A stretch of DNA of 64,000 nucleotides from Octopus vulgaris. Its lineage: Eukaryota. The position numbers were made by a program, and so were the translations under genes. The notes under the pieces are model-generated. The model was not told the origin of the DNA, made no database searches, and saw nothing but the letters and a program-made list of their open reading frames with translations. Below are positions 28,885-39,895 of the stretch, piece by piece. Every line of letters begins with the position of its first letter. Position 1 is the stretch's first letter. The stretch spans positions 22,320,001 to 22,384,000 of the forward strand of contig OX597818.1 of the NCBI GenBank assembly GCA_951406725.2, read 5' to 3'.

Positions 28885-29262
28885 GTGCAACTTCCTCTGA
28901 TTTTTCTCCTTCAATCCCGAAGCGCTGTCAAATGCTGTTATGGAATTTGTTGCTGTAATATCTGGACTGACTTAGCTGTAGCTGTTGTTGTTGTTGTTGC
29001 TGCAGCGTTGAAGAAAACTTAGTTTGGAGTCAACATATACAGACAGAGATTCTTAAACATTGTAGTTGTTGGGAATAATACAAATACGGACGAATCTTTA
29101 TTCATTTAAACTAAAATAGTGATTAAAAAAAAATTATCTTAAACAAAGCCATAGAAAGTTGCACAGCAATAGTTCCAATTTTTTTGTACATGTGAGGAAG
29201 AACATGTTTTGTACATTTGCATTTTTTAATATAGACTTTGCAGTAACAACAATATAAGCACC

Positions 29263-31491
29263 ATGGCAAAACATTCATCTCGAAAAGCAAGCAAACAAAG
29301 GAACACTAACGTTGATTACGTCCTTCCTCCAACCCGAGGAGAATCTATTCACCCTTCTCCACCATCAGCTTTGGACACCAGTATGCACCAGAAGACGTCA
29401 GCTTCTCACTCAGTTCCAAATATGTCATCGCTGAGTCTTGGGGAGGCGACCATTCAAGACAAAATATCGTCTTTACCCAAGAACAAGTTAATGATAAAAG
29501 TGAAAGAGGAACTAGAATGTTCCGAATGCCAGAAAACGTTTACACAACGGAAACTCCTGAAAGAGCACATGAAAACACATGTGAGTGAGAAATCCAACGA
29601 ATGCTTGATTTGCAACAAGGCTTTCAAAAGTTTAGGTGAACTAACCAAGCATCTGAAAACACACTCGAAGGGTAATTCCTCTAAGAAGAATTCGGATTTC
29701 ACCCAGTTCTTATCCACAATTCTTTCTCAAGGCTTAAACTCTTTTGAATGCCCAATATGCCTGAAAGGTTTTTCTCAAGCTAGTTCTCTGACAACTCATC
29801 TCAAGGTTCACACGGGTGAACACAACTTTCAGTGTCATATATGCAAGAAGACATTCATGCAGTCAAGTCATCTAGCAGGCCACCTGAAGGTGCACACAGG
29901 TGAAAAGCCGTACACCTGCGATTACTGCAAGAAACAGTTTGCTCATTCTGGTAACCTAACGAAACACTTGAGAGTCCACACAGGAGAACGTCCATTTAAA
30001 TGTGACCGCTGCCCCAAGTCATTTTCCCAGTCAAACTCTTTAGCTGTGCACCTCAGAATCCATACTGGTGAAAAACCATTCAAGTGTAACCATTGTGAGA
30101 AATCATTTTCTCGGGCTAATTACCTGGCTATACACATGACAGTACATACTGGAGACAAAAACTTCCAGTGCAGGTTATGTAACAAGTTATTTGCACAATC
30201 GTGCCACTTGACTGAACACTTTAAAATCCATACAGGTGAAAAACCCTTCAAATGTAAATACTGTCAAAAGGATTTTGCACAATCGGGTAATTTGACCAAA
30301 CATCTTCGGGTCCACACGGGCGAAAAACCATACAGGTGCCCACAATGCTCGAAAGCGTTCTCTCAGTCTAACTCTTTAACGGCACATCTTCGCATCCATT
30401 CCGGTGAGAAGCCGTATGAATGTAAGTACTGTCTCAAACTGTTCTCTCGGTCTGGCTATCTGCGTGCCCATCTCAAGATCCACGTAGCGGAAGGGTTATT
30501 GCCTGCCTCAGCACTGGAATCATCGCGTAGTCAGCAAGCTGCTGCAATTTCTTACGATGTGCCTTTATTGCAACAAGACTATAACCAAGAACCGCAACAG
30601 ACTTTGCGTTCCAAACAGAAAATGTCACGTGGTAGGGGGAAAGGTCGTGGACGAGGTCGCGGTTCTGGTCGGGGTCGGAGCAGAGGTCGAGCAGTGAAAT
30701 CAGGCAGTACAAGGAAACAGGCAAAACCTCTCCCTGCTGATGATATACAGGACGTAGAACAAGTTACACACCGTCAACAGCAGAACAACAATGGTTACAC
30801 CAAACGTAATGTGAACGTAATCTATCCTGCTACTCAGTCATCTTCCAGTGTCGTGAAAGAGGAGATAATGGAGATGGAAGGAGAAGGGGACCAAAGCCCA
30901 AATCGTTCCGTGTCCTCTTACGATGGTAGTTCCTGTTCTGTGGGACAAAACTCGGTAGATGACGCATCACGGGAGGGAAGCGTCTATTCCGAGGCTTCTC
31001 ACGGAAGTTACGATGATGATCAGGGGAACGAAGATGATGGAAGAGAGATGGAAGTCGTCAGTGGAGAAGAAGAATATGAAGAGGAAGAAGAAGAAGACGA
31101 TGGACAAGTAGAAGGAGGAGACGAAGAGGCTGATCAAGAAGACGAAGAGGAAGAAGGGAATAGCGCCTCCGACATATCAGACAATGGCAGTGAGGAAGAA
31201 GCTGATCAAAGGGCTCCTCATATCGCTTCGGTTATTAGGCGGGGTAGGAAGGGCTCGCGATTCGTGGAAAAGAGACCGACCTTATCAGATTATTACAGAC
31301 AAGCTGTAGACAAACAGGCAGTACCCAAGCATCAGATATCACAACATGGAGCTGTATGCATGGAGCCGGCTAGGAGCAAGATGCAGGCGTTCGGACATCC
31401 AGTGGATCCAAATCACAGCGCAACACGAGGCCCAGAGCTTCTGAAGCCAACACCCCTGAATGCCCCCAAAAAGAGAGGCTATAGACGTTAA
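29263..31491 (+). CDS. C2H2 multi-zinc-finger protein, 742 aa, uninterrupted ORF; 2 N-terminal plus 9 tandem fingers, RG-rich segment and acidic D/E tract; paralogue of the 7211-9205 gene
   Basis: Long ORF starting in a good Kozak context (gcaccATGG). 11 CxxC...HxxxH fingers with TGEKP linkers, SRGRGKGRGRGRGSGRGRSRGR at about 30625-30690, and an E/D-rich stretch at about 31010-31205. Confidence 0.93.
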   Translation: MAKHSSRKASKQRNTNVDYVLPPTRGESIHPSPPSALDTSMHQKTSASHSVPNMSSLSLGEATIQDKISSLPKNKLMIKVKEELECSECQKTFTQRKLLKEHMKTHVSEKSNECLICNKAFKSLGELTKHLKTHSKGNSSKKNSDFTQFLSTILSQGLNSFECPICLKGFSQASSLTTHLKVHTGEHNFQCHICKKTFMQSSHLAGHLKVHTGEKPYTCDYCKKQFAHSGNLTKHLRVHTGERPFKCDRCPKSFSQSNSLAVHLRIHTGEKPFKCNHCEKSFSRANYLAIHMTVHTGDKNFQCRLCNKLFAQSCHLTEHFKIHTGEKPFKCKYCQKDFAQSGNLTKHLRVHTGEKPYRCPQCSKAFSQSNSLTAHLRIHSGEKPYECKYCLKLFSRSGYLRAHLKIHVAEGLLPASALESSRSQQAAAISYDVPLLQQDYNQEPQQTLRSKQKMSRGRGKGRGRGRGSGRGRSRGRAVKSGSTRKQAKPLPADDIQDVEQVTHRQQQNNNGYTKRNVNVIYPATQSSSSVVKEEIMEMEGEGDQSPNRSVSSYDGSSCSVGQNSVDDASREGSVYSEASHGSYDDDQGNEDDGREMEVVSGEEEYEEEEEEDDGQVEGGDEEADQEDEEEEGNSASDISDNGSEEEADQRAPHIASVIRRGRKGSRFVEKRPTLSDYYRQAVDKQAVPKHQISQHGAVCMEPARSKMQAFGHPVDPNHSATRGPELLKPTPLNAPKKRGYRR

Positions 31492-31876
31492 AACAAAAAA
31501 CTTGACCGAAGGTTTTTTTTCCAAGCATTCTTTTAACGTTATCTTTTGTTTTGTTTTTGTCCTATTTCTCTCTTTTTTTTTGTAGTCTTTATTGAAGAGA
31601 TGTATGTATAAGAAAATGTGTATGCGTGTGTTTATAAGCCCTAGCATGTATGAAAGGAATTAAAAAGAATCAATTTATTTTTAACATTCTTTGATTTGCT
31701 CTTGTTTCTAAAAACATACGAACTTATTTTCCATCATTATTTTCTTCTATTAACACTTCATGACTTAATTTTCTCACCCACATATTATTCATGTAAAACA
31801 TGGCAAATTGAACATTAAAAGAGAAAAAAAAAAGAAAACGATCGAAAAAAATCACGTGTTATTGTTATTATTTAAA

Positions 31877-32995
31877 GGGTAGTGAAGTGACTGAATCGTT
31901 AGAGTTTCGCACAAAATGGCTTACGGTATTTTTAGTTTGACGCTTTACGTTCTGTGTTCAAATCCCGCCGATGTTAACTTTACCGTTCATCCATCTGGGA
32001 TAGAAAATATATCGTACCAGTCGACTAAAACCGCTATTAAAATTACTGGCCTTGCGCCTATATTAGAAATTATTAGGAATACGAAAGGCGGTGAGCTGGC
32101 AAAATCGTTAGCACGTCGGGGAAAATGCGTAGAGGTATTTCGTCCGTCTTCACGTTCTGAGTTCAAATTCCGCCGAGGTCGACTTTGCTTTTCATCCTTT
32201 CGGGAGCGATAAAATAAGTACCAGTTGAGTACTGGGGTCGATGTAATCGACTTACTCCTTCCCCGGAATTGCTGGCCTTATGCTAACATTTGAAATCTTT
32301 ATTCGGAAGGCGAGGACCTGGCAGAATCGTTATTACGTCGGGAAATATGCTTCGCAGGATTTCTTCTGGCTTTTTACGTTTTGAGTTCAAATACTGCCAA
32401 AGTCAGTTTTGCCTTTCATCCTTTCACCAGTTGATCACTGAGGTCGACGTAATCGACTTGTCCCCTCCCTTTAAAATTGCTGGCCTTGTGCAAAGAATTT
32501 GAGGCAAAGGCGGCGAACTCGCGGAATCGTTAGCACTGGGATCGATGTAATCATCTGCCCTCCCCACTCCGCCAAATTTTTGAGGCCTTGTGCTTATAGT
32601 AGAAGGAATCAAGAAGGCAGAGAGTTGGCAGAATCGCTAGAGACGGACAAAAATATCTTGTTTCAGCTCTTTTCATTTTGAATTCAAATCCCACCAAGGT
32701 CGACCTTGCTTTCCTTCCTTGTAGGGTCAGTTCAATCGACTAACCTCACAAGCTTTTGCATATGTTAGAAATTTAAGGGTGATAAACTTGCAGAATCAAT
32801 AGTAAGATAAAGTACTTTGCGGCATTTGTTCGGTTCTTTACGTGCTGAGTTCAAATCCGCTAAAGTCAACTTGCCCTTCATCCTTCTCGGTGTGAATGTC
32901 AGTAAAATAAAGTACCAGTGAGTACTAGAATCAATATGATCGACTAACCCCCTTCCCTCAAATTCCTGATATTGTGTCTAAATTTAAAATAATTT
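31877..32995 (+). mobile_element. Head-to-tail cluster of about 6 tRNA-derived SINE copies (best copy 32086-32290)
   Basis: Repeated ggcggtgagctggc(a/g)aatcgttag (A-box), gagttcaaattcc (B-box), gtcgactttgc...catcctttc, gataaaataagtaccagt and gtcgatgtaatcgac; copy starts near 31877, 32086, 32308, 32507, 32614 and 32776. Confidence 0.85.
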
Positions 32996-33189
32996 TTATT
33001 GCTGCTGGCGGCAGAGTTCTTGAGAAAGCAGACAATATATCTTGTCCATCCTCCAAAACTTTTGAGTGGCAATAAAATTTCCTTTTGAGCTGCATTTGCA
33101 ACTCGGTTTCAGTTCCTGTTTGTAGCTAAGCCAGTTCAATTTTCAATTCATTCCCAGCCGAGACAATCGACGGCTCATATTTGCAATAT

Positions 33190-34540
33190 CCACCGAGTCA
33201 GCCAGAGAATACCTCCTCTATTTAAGGCTTTTTACAGCTCAAACCGAATTTCCTCCTCTCTAGTGACCTTGCTGCATTTGAGCGCTTTAATCGCCTTTAT
33301 GACTTCAGCCTCTGTGACGTTAACCTTCGCCTCTAGATGGCACCCTGTGTCCATCAGATTTTATCATGACCGAATTCAGGAGATTAGCAAAAATTCCTAG
33401 CTACTTTCCAAAAATGCTCCTTTCTGTAGAGGGAAGAACCCCAGTCGAGTTCTTAATGGCAAGTATAGAAGAGGCTTTCTTACGAATTTGGCAGATTGTC
33501 TGACTTTAGACTGGCCAATAAAGTATTCTGACAAAGTCCAGCTTAACTACAAAGTTCTATAACTTAACCTTGGACGTTTTTACTGTTTCTGCAGCAATTT
33601 TCACGCCAATGTGTACCACCTACACTGAAGGGGAGACTGGTTTCCAAGCCAAGCTTTGTAAGCCTCCTTTGCTCAGATGGCATTTTAAACTTCCTGGTTA
33701 AACTTGGGGTTTCTTTTACTAGCTAGCACCACACCGCTTTTGTTCAAAGCATTATACAGTTGAAGAAACTACCAAACAAAATCTCCACTCCATTTCATAT
33801 CCTCAGTTTGTTCAGTAAAGTTTCTGTATTTAGATACATATTTGTTTCTGATCCTATCATCCACCAGAGCTTCCTGCTTTATCCTGTGAGTCGTATTGGA
33901 CTTACCAGTTTTGAGAGTTCTTCCTGTTGTAGATAATCTCACATTGCAGACAGCTAGGTGGTCAGTTGATAGCTCCATCTTTATTACACAAAAAGGTCCA
34001 GTACAGAATCACAGAGGTCAGAGACGATAATAAAACCTGTCAGTGACATCTGTCCCAAAGATACTAAATATACTTATGGATGTCCTTGACTTGGAGGATC
34101 GTGTTAATAAAGGAGAGCTCATTTCCAACTTAGAACTCTGGTAAGGCCTCTCCATTCACAGAGTTCAGGGTCACCATTCTTCCTAGTCACTCCTTTGTGT
34201 GTCCAGTGATCAGTGTCAACATGTGCTTTGAAGTTCCCTTTACAAATGATCCAGTTTTAACTATATAAAGTTGCAGTGATTTCCTGAAGGAAGGATTTGG
34301 ACCCGCTGTTTGGTGTATATACTTGCAATAGCCAGTGGTCCTTTCAGTTTAAGCTTGAGGAGGCTAGTGTGATCCATTGTATATCACAATCTGTCAGAGG
34401 CTTGTGAATATCCTACCTGTGCATAGTTGACATCACACCTGAATAGTGGACTTCCCATCCTCCATCCAAATCTGTATCAGAGCCACGGAACATTTGAGGA
34501 GACACTGACCGTATATGCTGTATGTGTATAGGAAAAGTTC
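33190..34540 (-). mobile_element. Decayed RTE-clade LINE, apurinic-endonuclease and linker region
   Basis: Minus-strand motifs DLDGGWEVHYSGV and ELSTDHLAVCNVRL (APE domain end, SDH/TDH motif); disrupted. Confidence 0.7.
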
Positions 34541-35959
34541 AGCTTCGTTTGTTACGATGTTCCTTTGACACTATGGGACCATCTGTAACCAAAAATCGCA
34601 AAAATGATAGGACCTATGCAAGGATCACTCAAGCACTATCCCTAGTAAATATTCCATCTGCCACTAAAATCAGAAAACATTTCCCCCCTACTGAATTTAT
34701 ACTGATTTCCGTAGCAGCAGGGTTCACTGCCCTTCATCTAATAACACAAAATGTGTTTCCTCACTTTTGTTTTTTAGCACTATGCCACTAAATACGCGTC
34801 TTACCTATGACTAGAACACTGACGTATAGAAATTATCAACCAATCGTGGTTGCCTAGTACCCAAGCGACTCTGCTGTCGGTGGATTACCACGATATCCTT
34901 TACCTCTGTGGAAGACGTCATGAGATTTTAATTTGTAAAGTCCTTTTCGAATCGGAACTTAAATATAGTCGAAATATATTTTAAGACCCGATTGGAATCC
35001 TTATCGTTAGCCATTATATTTGTATGCTGGCAAGTTCAGTCATATGATCCATTGGGAGAAAGCAAAAAAAATCGGACTTTAGTGAAAAATATTTTTAAAC
35101 CATTAAGAATTGTTCAATAAGGATTTAATTTGAAACGAGTTACATCTACAAAGTTATAAATAATAGAGTTATGTCCCCAGGAAGTTAGTCTCGCTGTGAA
35201 ATTAGCATCTCCACCACAGAGGTAATGTTCAATAACTGGGGATAAAGACCCAACCAACTGGTTTCATAGTTTATTCATGATCAGTGTTGCATATTCTATC
35301 CCCCATCCAGGCTATCTTTATTTTATTGATCCTCAAAAGTGAAAAAAAAAAAAACTTAGTCAAATATGGTAGATAGCAAAGGATAAATTATATCATCTAT
35401 CTCTGAAATACGGCCTCCAATTTTAGATAAAAACCAATATTAGATATTTTGTCTGTAGTATTAGTGCTCTAAACAAACCACTTGCACCCACACCCAGTAT
35501 TTTAGACATTTTGTTGCTGGGCTGTCACGTGGTGATGGACAAATTTAATTAGAATATATCATTCCCATGTCAACTGACAAATCTTGGTCTGAGCGTTTTA
35601 GAGTGCAGTGAATTTACAGAGTTTCAAAATTAATTTTTGTCTATTGTAAAGCAACCCAGATCGTGTGCTTCACTTTGGTATGATACTTTCCTACGGCGGC
35701 TGTCGGTTTATTCTACCTTAAGCTTTCTCTTAAGTTATATTTATTTAGGCTTTCCTCCGAGTAAGGGAAAATATGATTTATCGTCACTTATACTAAAGTG
35801 TTATCATTGTATCTTTAACCCTAACTGCAGTTGTAACGTCATATTGACATATACGCATGGAACGCTAACTCAACGACCATGTATGTTGAATATTTTAATC
35901 GTGTCCTTTAAACCGCTATAAGAAACATAAAACAAAGATTACAGAAATGCATATTTATC

Positions 35960-38900
35960 TATGCTCAGTTGAAAAACAAACGTGAAGAGAAACATTTTCT
36001 TTTTAATTATTTTATTTATATAAATATAACATTTTATATTTATTTACAAGAAGAAAGATAACTTAGTCGTGAAGAAAAACGACTTTAAATTCCTTAGCTA
36101 ATTTCTTTTTCTATCTTATACGTTAACCAACAAATCAAAATAGATTTGTGATTAACGTAGACATGGCATAAAAATTTACCGATGTCTCCAAAAGAGTGAG
36201 TGTCGTGGAGTTGAATGACTACCGAACGAACACTAAAGTCTTCCCAAATCCAGGGTTTTTATAACTGCTCAACCTGATCAAAAAAAATCGAAACTTCAGG
36301 ACAAACATTCTTTTCGAAACTTCTAGAATCTTTATACGAGCAGTTACAGTAACCAATGGGAAAAGAACGAAAATGACAATTCCTCGGCAAAGACATTACG
36401 TCATATTGCCAATTCGCGCCACATTTCAAAATGGCTATTGCTACATCAGCCTCTCGCCAGAAAAATTGTTAAAATTTTGCGAAAGGAAATTTGTAATACA
36501 TATTTTTTTTATACAACATTTGAATTAATGGTTACAACATATCTATATATACAAATGCATTCATAATTTACATGTTAAACATATGAAATTAGCCTTTCCA
36601 ATACGGCTTACAATTATAATGTTCATATATATAATTCATTTCATTTCACTGGAAAAATTTTTTAAAAATTTTTTATATAATCCAGGAATATAAAAACTTT
36701 TTTAAAAATCTTCAAACAAACTGAGAAAGTTTTTTTGGAAAATGTACCATTCTACCACTTCTAGTCTTTTTCACATCTGTAGGTAATTTCAAAATTGACT
36801 GTTTTTCCATTAACATTGGATTTGTTTCTTTGAATATCATTTTGTTTCAAGTTATGTTGATATGTATTGCTCACATCTTCATTTTCATGACATGAATGTT
36901 GGTCGAAAATAAGCTTTTTTTACTCTGTCGACACTGACAATTTCTTTTTTTCCATTCATTTCCAAAGTCATAGTTTTGTCCCTAACTGACAAGACTTTAA
37001 AAGGTCCGGTGTATTTATATTTCAGTGAATTATGAGCAACATCGTTACGTACAAATACATGTGTCCAAGATTTTATATCAGAAGGAACGAAGCTTTTAAC
37101 ATTTTGCAATTTTCTTGTAAAAGAAGGAATATCTGTAAGAAATCTCTTAAGACGAGTTACATAATCATAACATCTCCATTGAAAGAATTAGTTTCTTCGA
37201 ACATTTGAGCAGGTAGAGTTAATGTTGTTCCGTACAAAAGTTCAACAGGAGAATATTGTATATTTTCTTTAACAGCACTTCTAATTCCTAACAACACTAC
37301 TGGTAAGGCTTCTAGCCAACTGTTAGAATCAGAAGAAGCACATGAACATTTAAAAAATTTTTTCGAAAGATTGACGAATTTTGGCATTGTGATAAATCCA
37401 TCGAAGTGTATTTTTGGTGAACTCACCATATCTTTTCTGGGTCATCTTATAGATAAAGATGGAATTCGCCCATTACCAGAAAAAGTTGAAGCAATAAAAA
37501 ACTTTCCTGTACCGAATAATGTAAGGAAGCTCAGAGAATTTTTAGGGATAGTTAATTTTTACAGAAAGTTTATTCCTAAAGTCACGGAAACCTTATATCC
37601 CTTAACTGAGCTATTGAAAACTAGAAAGAAAAAAATGAAGCCATAACTTTAAAAGTAACAGAATTACAAGCTTTAAAAAAAATTAAAGAGAAACTGTGTA
37701 AAGCAACACTTCTAAACCATCAGGTTCCTGAAGCAAAATTATCATTAATAGTTGATGCTTCCGATGTTGGAATCGGTGGCGTTCTACAGCAATTTCATTG
37801 TAATTCCTGGCAACCCTTAGCATTTTTTTCAAAAAAATTCAAGGCACCAGAAACTAAATACAGTGTGTTCGGCAGAGAATTGTTGGCAGCTTATTTGTCA
37901 ATTAAGCATTTCAGACATCTTGAAGGTAGGTCATTTACTTTATTCACTGACCATAAACCATTAACATATGCGTTAAAAAGTTCTTCGGAGAAATATTCTC
38001 CTAGAGAAATTAGACACCTTGATTTTATTTCACAGTTTACTGTGGATATACGTTATATCAAGGGTGTTGTTAAAAATTCAGCAGCAGATGCACTTTCTAG
38101 AATGAATGTAGATGCATTAAATTCACTAAACACTATAAATTTGGAAGTAATGTCTAAGGATCAAGTTGCAGATAAAGAATTTTCTTTATATAAAAATTTC
38201 AATTCAACTTCTTTAAAATTTAAAATGTTGCCGATCCATTCGTGTAATTCACATATTTGGTGTGATATTTCTACAGGTTTTTCGAGACCATTTGTGCCTG
38301 AAAAGCATAGAAAAAAATGCTTTTTTCTAGCTTACATAATTTATCTCATCCAGGTATAGAAGCTTCATTAAAGTTGATATCAAGTCGTTTTGTTTGGCCT
38401 GGTATGAATAAAGATATTCGTTCTTGGGTTAAGTCATGTATGCAATGTCAAAAATCAAAAGTACAGCGTCATATCAAAGCACCATTAGGTACATTTGCAA
38501 ATCCAGATGCGAGATTCCAACATATCCACATCGATATAGTTGGACCTTTAACTCCATGTGAGTATAATTTATATTTGTTGACGTATCGATCGCTTTTCGA
38601 GATGGCCCGAGGCTTATCCGATAAAAGACGTATCTGCAGTAACTATAGCAAAAACCTTATTTACCAATTGGATGTCTAGATTTGGCATTCCAAATACAGT
38701 GACAACAGATCGTGGTAGACAATTTGAGTCTAGCCTGTTCGCAGAATTCAATAAATTGTTGGGGATTAATAGAATTCGTACAACTTCATATCACCCACAA
38801 TCTATCATTCCGTTAGATTGTGGGTGATATGAAGTTGTACGAAACTTCTAGAATCTTTATACGAGCAGTTACAGTAACCAATGGGAAAAGAACGAAAATG

Positions 38901-38979
38901 ACAATTCCTCGGCAAAGACATTACGTCATATTGCCAATTCGCGCCACATTTCAAAATGGCTAAAATGGCTATTGCTACA
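35960..38979 (-). mobile_element. Ty3/Gypsy LTR retrotransposon, rearranged: truncated 5' LTR 38979-38840, inverted pol segment 37347-38804, integrase C-terminus 37346-36720, PPT and 3' LTR starting at 36445
   Basis: Both LTR copies start TGTAGCAATAGCC on the minus strand (36315-36445 is nearly identical to 38840-38979). A purine-rich ctggcgagaggctga precedes the 3' LTR. Motifs: RT (INPSKCIFG, FLGH, FLGIVNFYRKF), RNase H (DAS, RELLAAY, FTDHKPL), integrase (HPG...[26 protein letters not shown]) and minus-strand WLEALPVVLLGIRS, YTGPFKV, VSVDRVK, TRSGR. Left end of the 3' LTR is approximate. Confidence 0.88.
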
Positions 38980-39619
38980 ATACCAATCATCAATGCATTT
39001 ACGCTTTTGGTCCAACTGTACTGGATATATTTAAGGAGAAAATGAAAATACACATTTTAAAATCAGATAACACCATATAAGATGAATCAATACAAAAATT
39101 CAAGCAAATACTCTTATTTACAATGGTATTAATATATTTCGTTTTTACAATAACTTTGAATTTATACATCATTTGGTGCTATACATCATTTTATGATTTG
39201 TATATAACATGATTTTTGACATCGGGCTCTATTATGAGCGCTCGAAGTACTGTTTGTTGAAAAAACATGCAAACTTCTGCAATCTATTACGAGGCTGATA
39301 TTAGTAAACACTTGTTGCTGGAACAACTCAATGTTAAATCATTAGCCACAAATGTTTACGAAAACCTGGCCCAAATGCTTGCAACAGAATTAACGTTAAA
39401 AAAAAAAAAAAAGCCAGAACTAAGTGGTGGCATTAAAGCGAGCAACATATTAAGCGTACCAACCAAAAATTCAGAACAAAGAGCAGAGCAAATACCGCAG
39501 GATATTTTGTCTTGTGCTCTAAAGAGTGCAAATTTACCTTCGGAGAAACACTTTAGGCTGGTGACTAGGCTTCATGATGAAAACTATATAAAGCCTGTTA
39601 GAATTATTGTTCACGGTAA

Positions 39620-39895
39620 CTATGTATCAGCTCTGACCATAGCTCTGCAGGCATTGCCATTTATACAAATCGCTCTGTCTTGTTTACAAATACGAGCATG
39701 AATAAATATTTACATTTGACAGATTTGTCCTCATCTTGTTTATTGTTACCAACGTTTCAGGTGTCCTGAGGGAATTTCGAACCTGGTTCTCATTCCTAAG
39801 GTATTTTTCCGATATTATTATTCTGGTCACTGCCTAAAATTGAACTCGAAATCTTGGGGTTAGCTCGCTCTCTTAACCACTACGCCATATATCCG
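39620..39895 (-). mobile_element. tRNA-derived SINE-like repeat (third family)
   Basis: Minus strand begins atatggcgtagtggttaagag (A-box-like) and continues to gagttcaa (B-box-like). Confidence 0.5.

Noticed and set aside
36315-38979. 131-bp direct repeat first read as a long target-site or segmental duplication
   Set aside because: Both copies start TGTAGC on the minus strand and one follows a PPT-like tract, so they are better explained as the element's two LTRs.
39267-39701. 144-aa ORF
   Set aside because: No recognisable domain; it crosses a poly(A) run and SINE-like fragments, so it is probably spurious.
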